64,000 nucleotides of DNA from Camelus dromedarius (taxonomy: Eukaryota). Where the stretch lies: NCBI RefSeq assembly GCF_036321535.1, contig NC_087437.1:46130001-46194000 (forward strand), written 5' to 3'. Every line of letters begins with the position of its first letter. Position 1 is the first letter of the stretch. Both the position numbers and the translations under genes were made by a program. Positions 49,954-62,312 of the stretch are shown one piece after another. The notes beneath the pieces are model-generated. The model was not told where the DNA came from. It was given only the letters and a program-made list of their open reading frames with translations, and ran no database searches.

Positions 49954-52639
49954 GTGTGCAGATGTGGTCATTTGTTGCTATCCTAGATCTTAAAGCTATT
50001 TGACCTCTAGACCTGAGGGCAGTTGTTCCCAAATGTAGACCTGTGATAAATTTTCACCAACTGAGGAGAGATAAGATAATGAAGGACAATGTATTATGTT
50101 TTTTGACAAGTTAATTTTAAATAAAATAATACTTTTCTTACTCTCTTTGAGTTAAAATGCAGTTTATTAAAAAAAAAACAAACCAAACAAACTCAGAACC
50201 TTCAGAAATAACATTTAGTAAATAACGACGCTAATAGACAGTAGTAGCTTTTTAAACATGTACGTGGGCAGAATAAAAATGTAGTGACTCAATTAAAAAA
50301 TAATTAACTACTCCAGGAAATTCTACACATGTGTGAAGCTTGGTTTTCTCTCCCACACTAGGACAGAGGAAGGAGTCTGGACAAAGGAGTGGTCACTGGA
50401 AGTCCTTGGCAGGGGGCAAGAGGTAAGGAAGTTAGCTGGGAGGAAACTAGGTATACTCTAAGGATAAAGGATGCAGGTGAGTAGCACCTCCGTGTGCTCA
50501 ACCAGGACAGGCTCTCAGGGATGCACAGGCCCAGAAGCAAGTGCCAGGATATGAAAACAGCTCAAAACCAAGAGCAAATGTTGAGCTACAGTGGTAGGAG
50601 AGAGCCTGTGTGCACGTGAATGCTCTAGAGGATTCTGTTAGAGGACCAGTTGTTTTCCAGCTGGCTTTTATTCCTGCTCTCTCCTCAGAGAGCTTTGAAT
50701 GCACCAAGCTGCAACCTTAGGGAGATTTTCTTTGGAGAAGAAAGATATTTTCTAGTTTATCTAGTGAATTTATAAAACCAAGAAGGATCGGGATGCACTG
50801 AATATGGAACAATTCCTGGAAAGCTGGAGCTACAGTCTCTCATTACAGTTATTAAAGGAAGCCTGACTTCACATAGCAGGTAGCTGACAAATGGTGCTCA
50901 CCAAGGAGAGAGGGAGCCTGGGAACGTAGGTTAGTACCAAGGCTGGTATTTCCATGAAATTGCACATGTTTGTCAGAATACTCTCTACCTTTGGAAAAGT
51001 AGATATTTTAATTTTTCTTACTGTTGCTTGGTATTATTATTACTTTTTTTTTTTTTTTTTTTAGTTGGAGATAGTTTGAAGTTGGGATCAGATGACTCGA
51101 GCATAAGCTTTGGCTTTTTCATATACTTTGGTAGCTGTATTACTTTAAGGAGGTCACTGTATTCCCTGAGGCCTCATCTTCCTCACGTATAAAAAGGAGG
51201 AACTGAATTTCATTAGATTTTCCTGAATTCCAAAATGTTATGATTTGTTATGATTTTTATGATGACTTGGAGGAAACATATACTCATTCCTATAAAGCAT
51301 TTCTTGTTGCCCCCTTTCAAGTTCAGAAAAATACCCTGGATCTGAGCTGTCGGCAGGGAAATTTCCACCTTCAGTCTGGAAGTGTTTGCTGTTCAGTTTC
51401 TTATATTATTAAGTTATTTGGGATTATAAGGAGGCCATTGAACTGCTTTGGGCCTTAATCTGCTACCTCTATAAGACACTGTGTCTTTATTCCTGTATCA
51501 TAATCTTGATGTCTTCTAGATGAAAAAATTAACTATTTGTTTTGTTTGCTAGCATCAGTGTTAACAAATAGAGATAGGGACGCTGTGAAGTTAGGTTCCC
51601 GTAGCAGGCTGTGCACAATGGTACCACCCCCAACCCTTCCCGCCACGGGCAAATCTCTCCCATTCCATGGACCAGAGCACTGGAATTGCACTGTTTATTC
51701 TTTGCTTTAGGCATTTCCCATCTCCCTGGGCTGCTCTTTAGCCGGTTACGCCTTGATGTCTTTGTTTTTCTTCCTTTACCAGTCAAGGTGGTCTTAGTCA
51801 TGCATGCTCCAACCTTGTGTGCATGGCTCTCTTCCAAAGTGCTCCAGTTCTCTGGCGCTTCCTACCAAAGCTATACTGAGTGGGGAGGCAGCGTCCAGGT
51901 GACTCAGAAACCCAGATCCCAGACTATGGAAATTTTCTTCTGAAAAGTCTCAAAAATTCCAAAGGCCATACACATTTCAAATAAAAACACTCTCAAGCGA
52001 GGCAGTTCAGGGAGTAGCTAATTTTTAGATTTGATACAGAAGTGATCACTAATGTTTGACTAGGTCAGCTCCTGTTGCTTTGTGAATGCAGTAAAACTCA
52101 CCAGATCATGATTGTTCAGTCTTTGTCTACCGTGAACTGACACCTTCAGACAGAATTCTCAGCACTAACTTTGTATCTCATTGCTGTTGTGTTTTTTTTT
52201 TTTTTATAGAAGCTATCTATTTTAAGAATATATTTTCTCAACTCAGTCTTTTTCTTGGTGATAAGATAGGGGTGGAAAAAATAGTTACACTTCAACATAA
52301 TATCTTATTTCCTAGAGGCAGCTGGTTGCCAATTAAGCAGAAATACTGTAAAATAGCAGGTGGATATTTACCCACAAACAACAGGGAGCTGAGGAAACAG
52401 AGAAGGGCCTCAGGAAAGAAGTTGTTATTGCCAATAAGAAAATGATTAGCGACTTGGGTTGTCTTCTTGCAATGATTTTATCCCCATATTTAGCTGAAAT
52501 GTCCTTACCTGTCCTTTTCCAACTCTTCTATATTTAAAGTAAATCTACTCATATCTCCACTTGTGTTTGCACTTACTTTGAAGTCACGGGAATAGCTTGT
52601 GGGTTGGAACGTCTCTGATGTTTACATCCTTCCTTGATC

Positions 52640-52875
52640 CCGTGTTCCCCTTTCTCTGAGCCTTCTCTGACTCTCCAGGCGCAGTCTGCCATTTCCTCTC
52701 TGTGCTCCCTCACTCCGTGCTTATTTCTATCACAGCACGGATCATAGCACGGAGTAATTATGTGTTTAACATCTTTGTCTCCCTGACTGTTAGCTCTTCA
52801 GGGTTAGAGAACCTGGCAAATGGAAGTTTCTCAGTGCTGGATGAATGAACCAATACATGAATGAATGAATGAATG
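52640..52875 (+). mobile_element. L2 3' end
   Basis: CTCTCTGTGCTCCC..TGTCTCCCTGACTGT..(TGAA)n tail. Confidence 0.7.
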
Positions 52876-54069
52876 GTGGACGAGTGATCTACCTACTTAT
52901 CAGCCAGCTGCCCTTCTGAGCCACTAACCATCATCATGGAAACCCCCCAAATTTGGTGTTAGGGTGATCACCTCAGTTCAGCATGAGACTGCTCTGTCTC
53001 ATGATCAACAGTGAGGTTTTAGTTGCAAGTCATAAGCAATATATTCTTACAGCCTTTTTCACAAGGGATGATTGAGTGAATTTCCCCCCTCATTTAGCAA
53101 TCCATGGAGCATGGCCAGCTGGCTTGTCACAACTGCAGCCCACAGGGATGCTTGGCCACATCTGCCCTGTGACTTGAAAGCCGCTGACCCTGAGCTCCAC
53201 ATGCCAAGGCGATCTTGAGCTGTTGGGCCACAGATGAGGGAGATGGCTTTGGGGGAAGAGAAGGTTGGCTTTTCCAGATGGCCCAAAAGAAGTTTGAAGC
53301 TTATAACTAATATAGTACCTAACACCTAACAGGCACTTATTAAATATTTTAGGATGAGTAATTGAATGAATCCCAATGCCAGACCACTGACCTCATCCTA
53401 CACCATAGCAAATTCATTCTCTCCCTCAGAGCACTCAGGCTTCATGTTGCCTTTTGCTGACTTCTTGGCTGTTATTAAAACTACAGGAAACTAGTGCCCA
53501 ATTTGCTTGATAGAATATAGATTCCAATGTGGTTTATGTGGTAACGATACTGGGTAGGGAGGTGGTCAGGAGGAGCCTGAATTTACCATGCAATTTCTCG
53601 TAGGGTTTCTCTTGGACTCCCCTCTGGGCAGGCAAATCTTAGAGCCGGTGACTTCAGGCCTCTGGATGGGTTGAGAGAGTAAGTGATGCCAAGAGATGCT
53701 GGGTTCGTCTGCTGTCTCACGTAGATAAGAATAGCTTGCTGGTCAGGAGGGACACAAAGGGAGTATCACCAACACGAGGCAGGCTTAGCCCAGATCCCAT
53801 GATTGTTTTAGACTTTGGAACAGCTCTTCTGTTCAAAGTTCTGTTTTCTCCGGGAATCTCCTCCTCCAAACCTGAGTGTTCTCTTGTTGTTTTCAACCCA
53901 AGGTTTAGGAGTTTTGTGAAAATTAATTTTTAAAAAAGGAAGTCCTTTTTATTGTTTAATGAGAATGGCATGTTTAGCTGAAAGACAAAAACTTTTCTTA
54001 TTTGTGTTAGGCCCTGAAGACCACCAAATGAGAGGGAGAAAATGGTACCTTAGAAAAATAACCGTGCAG

Positions 54070-54250
54070 GGAGAAGGGTGTAGCTCAAGTGGTAGAGCGC
54101 ATGCTCAGCGCCCAGGAGCTCATGGATTCAATCCCCAGTGCCTGCTCCAAGTGGAAATCAGTGAGGAAACCCAATTACCTCCCCCTTATAAAACAAACAA
54201 GCCAAAAATGTGTGCTTTCATTTGAAACAAAACAAAACAAAAAAGAAAAA
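54070..54250 (+). mobile_element. tRNA-derived SINE (camelid vic-1 type)
   Basis: GGGTGTAGCTCAAGTGGTAGAGCGCATGC..TTCAATCCCCAGT; 18-bp TSD AGAAAAATAACCRTGCAG at 54052-54069 and 54251-54268. Confidence 0.9.
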
Positions 54251-55429
54251 AGAAAAATAACCATGCAGATTTTCTCATAAGGTTGACTCTGTTGATTTAT
54301 TGGCTCATTTATTGAGAGCTGTGTACAAAGCACTAGTCAGGAACCTGGAATGCAGAGAGGGCTGGACATGGACTCAGCTCTTAGGGACCTTATTGTTTAG
54401 TACAGGAGTTAAGGCATAGATGTAAGTGACTATTTTTCAAGACAGGTCATAGTAAGGGCCAAAGACACAGGAATAAAGTGCCGTGAATTTATAGAGAAAG
54501 TGGTCCAGCCTCTCTGCTGGGAAAAACAGGGATGGGCCATGGAAGATGTGGGCCTGAAGGATGGGTAGAAGTGGTGGGCAGGAGGTTCCATGAAAAAGTG
54601 GGAAAGTGAGGATGTGTGTTTTCATTTGGCTTGAGTACAGTATGATTGACCAGAGGAAAGAGAAGGGGAGAGAGAGAGAGAGAGAGAGTATGAACTAACC
54701 CTAGGTACATGGAACAAAAACCACTGGATTAAGTCACCTCAGAGCCCATACAGCTCTTGTTCTCCAGTTATATGAGAACATGTTTCCTTCTATTTAGGCC
54801 AGTTTGAGTTGGGATTTCTGTTGGTTGTTACAGAAATTATCCTAACTGATGATAAAATTTTATTGGAAAGAGAGATTGGAGCCAGACTGTTGAGGAATTT
54901 AGACAATATTTCAAAGGCAATGTGAAGCCATTGAAGCTTTTCCAGCTGAGGAATGAGGTAATTAAAACTTTAAGAAAATTAATCTGGCAGATGTATGTAG
55001 GATGGTTTAGAGGAGGGAAGAGTGTATCCCTAAGGAAGTCGTATAATCCGTATAGTAAATGTCTCCACATGTGGAATTCTAGTGACTACGGAATGTAGTC
55101 TTCATCTTAAGTCAAGTGAAATTTTGCATGTTAAAATGTAAAATGATCTCTGTATGGCTAAGGAGAAGTCCTAGATTAGCAAGATCCCTTTGGGTCCTTG
55201 CATTGATTTGCATGGTATAGTTTTGGTTTGCCTTGTTCTAATCAGATCTATGTATTCTTCGTTACCCTATATAAGAAAGAAAGGGTGATCTATACCAGCA
55301 GGCTCCTCCCTGCAATAGGCATCTTTTCCTCAACCAGTGGTTGTGGATTTCCAGAGGTTTGACCTCTAGTACCAGTGGTATTCATCAGCGAGCATTCACA
55401 AAAATTTTGAAAAGAACAAACAATAAATC

Positions 55430-55620
55430 GGCACCTGGGACCCGATTCTGCCATTTATTTTGTGAATTTGAAAAAAATTAATTAATTTCTCAAGCCTCAG
55501 TTTTGTCATTTGTAAGATGGAGATGGTACCCATACCAATTCCTTTTTGGTGGGTTATTGTGAGGACTAATGAAATGATATAAGTACACATATAGTAAACG
55601 TCAATAAATTTAGTTGTGTT
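55430..55620 (+). mobile_element. MIR SINE
   Basis: AAGCCTCAGTTTTGTCATTTGTAAGATGG..GTTATTGTGAGGACTAATGA..TCAATAAAT. Confidence 0.75.
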
Positions 55621-56224
55621 TGTATTTGCTACTTGTTTTAATCACCAAGAGGCTTGGAATGGGAGATTAAAACTTCTGTTCCCATAGGAAGCATGAAGTC
55701 TACTAGTTTGTCTAGATGGGTGATTTTCTTTCTGCATCAGATACCAATTCAGTAGGCATTGAGGAAACATTTCATATCTGATTCTCAGAGGGCAGAAAAG
55801 AGAAATAGGCAATAATAAAGACACTTTTGGGGATATTTAAAATACAAAAGACTTTGATCTTTAGTTTTTGTTGACTTACAGATATGACTTTAAAAACGAT
55901 TATTGAGATAAAAAGGAGAATTGAACCAATGAACTGGAATGAGGAGATTTCAGCTTTTGAAGAGTGACAATTCAAAAGAGAAATGTTGAATGTTGATACT
56001 ATCTCTGAATGTTCTCTGTGGCTATCTGCTGAAAACTGCTATGCTACATCCTCTTATATTTGCTTTAATCTAATTTTAACCTAACAAGTTGTAAAAGTAA
56101 TATTGTCTATTCAAATATGAGAAGGAGATACGGGACCGAGACCTTTCCTGCCTGGGCTGTCTTGGGGACCTCCCAATAATGCCTAACTCCAAATACCTAG
56201 GCTTCTCCAGTCTTGCTTTATACT

Positions 56225-56970
56225 TAAACTTTTAATTTTGAAATAATTTTAGACTTATAATTAAGTTGCAGAAATAGTATGGAGAGTCCCATGTACCTGT
56301 CACCCAGCTTCCTCTAACGTTAATATCTAATATAACCATATACCAGTTAACAGCACTAAGAAGTTAATATTAGGATAATCCTGTTAGTTCAGTGACTGAC
56401 TGTATTTGGATTTCCCCAGTCCCTCCACCAGTGTTCTTTAGTTCCTCTAAGAGCCAGTCCAGGATCTCACATTACACTTAGTTGTCGTGTCTCCTTTGTC
56501 TCTTCCAACCTATGACAGTTCCTTGGGCTTTCCTTGTCTTTCGTGACCTTGCCACTCTTCAGGAGAGCTGGTCAGGTATTCTGTAGATGTCTGTCAATTT
56601 GCATTTGTCTGATGTGTTCTCATGGTGCTTTGGAAGTTGTGCCTTTTTGGCAAGAATATTGCATGAGCTTCTCATGCAGAGAATCATATGAGGGGGTTCA
56701 TGGTGCTGATGTGTCTCATTGCTGGCAATGTTAACTTGTCACACAGTTAAGGTGCTGTCTGCCTGTCTTCTCCATGGTAAAGCTACTGTTTTCCCTTTGG
56801 TAATTAATGAGTTTTTTGAGTCAGTGCAAATATTCTACTCCTTGAGCTTTCATGCACAAATTTTAGCATCCATTGGTGGATTGTGCCTGCAGGGATTTTT
56901 ACTGTGTTTTTCTGATAGTGGTTTTCTACTCCCCTCACCCCTTCTACATTATTAATTGGAATTCTTCTAT
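56225..56970 (-). mobile_element. old L1 3' end (L1MC-type)
   Basis: TTTTGAAATAATTTTAGACTT..CCAGTCCAGGATCTCACATTACACTTAGTTGTCGTGTCTCC..ATTAATTGGAATTCTTCT. Confidence 0.85.
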
Positions 56971-56999
56971 GAGAGATCATCTTGATTTTTGAAAACTGA

Positions 57000-57900
57000 T
57001 AACATTTTCCTGTGACTTCCCAAGGAGCATTTGTATTTTAAAAGTGATATTATCATGAATTTTTTTTTTTTTTTTTGCTTATTGCAAACACAATACAGAT
57101 TCAATACAAAAAGCCAAAGATAATACAGGTTAAAAAATCTTTCACTCACAGACAATGATCTTAATATCTCATAGTCCATCTTTCCATGTATTTTTCTATG
57201 CATATGTATACATGTATAAAGGAAAGTGGACCATGCTGTGTGTGCTAATTTGTAAACCTGCTGCTTTCACTTGATGGTACATTGTGAGTCTCTTTCTATA
57301 GCAATAGGTACATTTCTGTAACATTTTAAAGGGACAGCTTAATATGCATTAAATGGGTGTGCCATAATTTATTTAATGAATCACTTGTTATTAGACAGTT
57401 TCATTGCATTTTAGCTTTTTCCCTTTTACAAACAATGGTGTGATGACCATTCTTGTATCATCATCTTTATGTACCTTGCAAGGTGTGCTGGTGCTGAGAA
57501 TTTCCATGCTTGAGCTCATCTTCTCCTCATCACAGCCTTGTGCAACGGCTGTTACCATAACCCCCATTTCACATACCAGGGTGTTTAAGTTCACATTCAG
57601 TAATCTGTCCAGTTTCATTCCCCTACTCAATGGAATCTGGACCTGAACCCAGATTCTATTGACATCAAGGATTGGCTCTTAACCACTACACTATATTGAT
57701 CTATGTAATTACTGCCTTAAGCAAATTTCTAGTCCTAGAATTTCTGGTTTAGAAGGTATGCACATTTTAAAGACTTTTGATACATAGCATCTCATGGCCT
57801 TCCAGAAAAGCCACTCAAGTTTACATTCTACTCCCAGTGCAGGGTTGGGTGTGTGTGCTCAATTCCCTGATACAATGGCAACCCTGGCTTTTATAGTTAA
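57000..57900 (-). mobile_element. old L1ME-type fragment with a nested MIR (about 57490-57690)
   Basis: GCCATAATTTATTTAA..TTAGACAGTTTC..AATTTCTAG..GGTATGCACATTTT; MIR core CCCCCATTTCACA. Confidence 0.55.
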
Positions 57901-58351
57901 AAAATACCCTCTTTGTTAAGGAAAGTTTTTTTTAAAGGGGGCTGTCCAGCTAGAGGAAAGCCTGGTGTGGTTGTTCTTGGATTCCCAAACTGCCCCTCGG
58001 CTCCCCGATCCGGAATGCCAAGATTTGAGGGTATGGAGCACAAAGAAGACAATTGTTGAGTAATAAATGATGAAATGCATAGATACACCTGTCTCTGCTG
58101 GTGGCCTTAGCTTGGCCACTTCCCACTACCAGGGCTTTGGAAGGAGATCTCAGGGAGTGGCTGCCACTCTTGCGCTGGCCTCAATGAAGGGAGGGACCTT
58201 GCCGACTTGAGGCGTAGAGAATAAACAAAGCCCAGATTTCTCTTTCCCAATCACACACTTGTGCAAAATTGTCTTCTTTATCTTCTCATAGTAAATGTAA
58301 TTTCTGACACAGCAGAAAGTTCTGAATTTAGTCATTTCCAAGTAAACTCAC

Positions 58352-58766
58352 TCCAATTCAGATACTTCTCAGCAAGTTCAGGTTTATAATTCAGTCACAT
58401 TCAAGTTAAAATTCCCCCTCAGGTTTTTTCTTCTTCGTCTCTGCCCTGGGGTGGATTCTACTCTCTTAGATGTTAGTGCAGCTGCCTTGGTAATCTCCTA
58501 AGGAGGAGGGCACTGTCTGCCTCTTCATTTCGACTTGGGACTTTTGCTGCTCTTCCTCTCGGATGTCCCTGGGCTGTCAGTAGAGTCCCATGGGCTCCCA
58601 GGGCTCCTTGATCAGAGGTAATCTCACCTTCACCTAAGTCCTGTGTGGTTCAGCCTCCTGCCTTCTTCAGATGAATGTCCAGCCTTCACGCTTCCTGTCA
58701 GCATCAGTGTTTTTGAAGCATTTTTGTCCCCTTAGGAGCCCAAGGCAATCTTCTTTGTAAATACAT
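58352..58766 (-). pseudogene. candidate decayed exon
   Basis: Pyrimidine tract with AA in place of AG at 58767 and a GGA|GTGAGT donor at 58352/58351; S/K/R-rich translation with about 9 stops. Confidence 0.3.
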
Positions 58767-58994
58767 TTACAACACAGAAAAAAAATATTTTCTTAAATCA
58801 CAAGCTCTGATTTTGATTCAGAAAAATCTGTTTATTATACCTATCTCTGACTTTGAAATGTAGGGGGCTGTAAAGATATTGTTTCAAAGAGGCAAAGGAT
58901 AAATTTTTATCTATCCTGTTTACACATAAATGCAACTGCACATTTCTCTCACTTGGACTCGTGTTGTTGGCACAAATGTTCATTTTGATGTATG

Positions 58995-59372
58995 AATGCA
59001 CCCTTGGCATTCACGGATTTAACATTCCCGGTTTCAGCTATTTGCAGATGACCCAGAAGATTTATGACTTATAGTAATTTGTTCTTCTGCTCAAGCACAG
59101 ATTTGAATCACATGCTGTCTGGGCGCAGTGGCCCAGGACTCACTCTGCTGGTGTGCAAACTTAGCTGGCTGCATCTCTTGGGCAGGTTCACTATTTCCAT
59201 CCCTCCTTATATAGTCCATTATTTTCATTAAGTATCTGATTACAATGTTGTAGTCCCTTTCACTAAATTTAATGGGAGAAATTCTTTTGTGTGCTATGGT
59301 AGAATTCATGAGTCTCAGCGTTTGACAAGTACTCACATGTATTTTGGGGAGATACATCCACAAGGGCACTAC
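58995..59372. mobile_element. TcMar-Tigger-type MITE
   Basis: Inverted ends CACCCTTGG..TTCACGGATTT and ..CCACAAGGGCACT. Confidence 0.5.
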
Positions 59373-60494
59373 AGGGTTTGCCCCCACTGCCCACATAGGC
59401 CCCTTCCCTCCAGAAATGAGGGTGAGCTTGTAATGCTCCCAGGAATGCAGTCTTCTCGGAATGCAGGTGTGGCTGCTTGAGCACCTGGGTGTGGCCAGAG
59501 ATCACTCAGCGCTCTCCGTGTAAGGTGAGCAGCAGGCTTGGGAACCACCCGCAGGCAGCCTGGGCTTTTCCCCTTGGAAGCCAGTGAAGTGACCACAGGC
59601 CTGAGCAGAGAAGGTGAATAGGTTGGGGGGTTGGGGGAACGGTCTGCAGACTCAGCCCCCAAACTACTCCAGCCAACCGGGAAATCCTGGTTAGCCCATG
59701 GCCAAGGCCAGCTTTCTGTTTACCAAGACTCCATCTGTGACTCTCAGCCCTGGCTCCTAGAATCCCCAGAGGAACTTGTTGAAAAATAGAGGTGCCTGAG
59801 TGTCATTATATCAGAATTGCTGGGGGGTGGGGCTTGGATTTTAATTTTAAAATAGCCCAAGTGGTTCTGATCTGCAGCTGGGATTGAGACTTATCAACCA
59901 GACAATGGCTTTTCTTGGCCCTGAAGAGCCTGGCAGGATAGCCCAAGCAGTCCTTCAGGCCAGGGACGCTTCATAGCCACATCACACTCCAGAAATTCCA
60001 AACCACTCAGATACGACTATGCTTTTGCAATTGATGTCGGCTCAGCTCTGCAAGGCTATTTCTGTGCATCTGACACTCAGCGTAAGGGCTTTCTTCTCTG
60101 GGGAGCCCCTGCATTGACTTTCCCTCCCAGCCTACCCTGGCACCCCAGTTCCAGGCTGGTAGGCACTGCGGTGTCTCCACAGCCCCTTGGACACACTGAA
60201 TGTACCCATTTGTCACATGGTTGCTTGTCTATCACCTTTGTTGGACTGTACGATTCATCTTTTCTCCTCTGGTTCTTCACATGGTCCCTGGTACACATCT
60301 ACTACATTAACAGATCAAGTTTGTATTGTAAAGTCCAAAACCTTGGAGGATGTATTAAACAAAAGGAAAAAACAGGCTATTCAATAATTAAATGAAGATC
60401 TACCTACATAAATGAAAACGAAAAAAATTGTTTTGAAATAGATAGAGCTGCTGCTTCTTTATGTAAAATTATGGGAACAGCAGTGCTAGAATAC

Positions 60495-60750
60495 AGGTTC
60501 TCAAACTTGGTGGCACATTGGGATCACCTGGGGAGTGTTACAAACTACTGATTCTTGAGTCTCTGGCTGGAAAATGCCATAGGGATCACCCTTGGGCACC
60601 CATGGGGCTCGTTCACAGGCAGAATGCTGGGTCCTACCTTAGAGATTCCCTGCTGGGCTGAGGAGAGGTGGCTGAGCCTTTAGCAAGCGTCTCAGGTTAT
60701 TCTGATGGTGGGTGGAGCAGACTTCCAGCCAGACTTTGAAAAATACTGAC
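60495..60750. mobile_element. MER5-type hAT MITE(s)
   Basis: CAGGTTCTCAAACTTGG..CACATTGGGATCACCTGGGGAG..CAGGTTATTCTGATG..ACTTTGAAAAATACTG. Confidence 0.7.
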
Positions 60751-61486
60751 TTAGACAATTGGCTCAGAAACCCCCTTTCACGGGGTGCACTGCTCGCTGC
60801 GGGGGAAGTTTGTTTTGTTTCAGTTATCCAGGCTCAGCTTCTCACTTTGCACAACCCAAGTATCTCAGCAGATTTACAATTAAGATGCACACATACCCAT
60901 ATGGTTTCTACCCAGTATTAAATATTTGTTATTTTTGGTCATATTTTGTATCTCTCCTACTGAACCGCAAGTCTCTCTGGGGCTGAGACTTTATTCATTT
61001 GCTTTTCTCCCGCTTCTCCTTGGCACAGTGCCTTGCAACTAATAAGTGCTTAATAAATGTTTGTAGAATGAAAGGACTGCAAAAATGATTAGGTGTTGTT
61101 CTGAATCAGCAATTTGCCTAATTCGATTTAAAACAAAAGACGGTCAAGAGAGGAGTATGGAAAAATGACATTAGTGAGCATTCATATCCATTTCTAATAT
61201 TTTTCAGTTAAAGAGAGAAACAGAAAAAAATGGTTTTAAACAGTTCCTTGAGGCATATATTTTAATTACTAAAAGGTTTTGTTCTTCCCCCATATATTTA
61301 AAATAGCTGCTCTCCCAGTAGAATATAATTACTGAGGAATAACAGTCCGCTCCACTCTGAAGGCCTGGTTCCCCAGAGCACGTCTCAGCTGTCTTAGTTC
61401 AGGCCTGGAAAAGCTCTCTGTGGACACCTGGCAGGAGGCTGCTCTCCCTGTTGTAACCCTCCCAGAGTTTTCAGTCAAGATATTAC

Positions 61487-61924
61487 CTTGTTCTACTTCC
61501 ACTGCTCTGTGTGCAAGGAAGGATGTTGCCCTTACAGGGCCGGCAGCTCGGGAACTCCTTTACCAGCCCAGGCTGCCCGACCCCTCCCCTTCCCATGCTC
61601 ACCTTCCTTACATACGTTATTACAGTGACGCAGTAGATGCTACTGGCCTGGGGACTGTCCAGTCCCTCTTTGGTTTCTTTGGGTGTCTTTCTCCTTTTTA
61701 TTCCACTGTCTACTCAGTTCCAAGGCCTCACATTGGATAGAAGCTCTCTGTCTATCCAAGAAGATTTGGGGCCCTGTTGCCCTCTCCCCACTTAGGACAG
61801 GACAGAGATGTCTTGAGACTAGGGCTAGAATATGCTTCCTGCCTTGCAGTTGGCACTTGATTTACTAATAAAGAATGTCCCCCTCCCTCCAAAATATTAT
61901 TGATCACTTCTTCCTCTACATGTC
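61487..61924 (-). pseudogene. candidate decayed exon whose acceptor is split by MER58
   Basis: CTTAG|GA at 61925/61924 and CAAG|GTAATA at 61487/61486; 438 nt, phase 1-1. The first 57 codons are open (HVEEEVINNILEGG...) and the middle is stop-rich. Confidence 0.35.
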
Positions 61925-61929
61925 CTAAG

Positions 61930-62241
61930 CAGAGGTCAGCCAGCAAACTTTTTCTATGAAGGTCGGGTAGTAACTGCTTTAGACTTTGTGGACCATGTGG
62001 TCTCTGTCACAGCTCTTCAACTCCACCACTGTAGTGAAAGTGACGTACGAAGTACCAAGGAAACCAGTGGTCATGGGTGTTCCAATAAAGCTTTATTTAT
62101 GGACCCTGGAAATTTGAATTTTATGTGTCACAAAATCTTCTTCTTTTGATTTTTTTCAACCATTTAAAAATGTAAAAACCATTTGTAGCTCAAGGGCTAT
62201 ACCAAACAGGCAGTAGGCTGGATTTTGCCTATGGTCTATAG
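61930..62241 (+). mobile_element. hAT-Charlie MER58 (B-like); distal terminal repeat lost
   Basis: CAGAGGTCAG..CAAACTTTTTCTATGAAGG..GTTCCAATAAAGCTTTATTTATGGAC..CAACCATTTAAAAATGTAAAAACCATT..GGATTTTGCC. Confidence 0.85.
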
Positions 62242-62312
62242 AAATAAGGAGAAAGAAATGGGGAAATGGTTTTCCCATGAAATGCACTGTGTGGTGTCCT
62301 GTATAGACTCAC

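Noticed and set aside
61733..61759. Short inverted repeats (TTGGATAGA..TCTATCCAA; also near 159-173 and 55084-55100)
   Set aside because: Stems of 6-9 bp are expected by chance in 64 kb and are too short for a miRNA hairpin.
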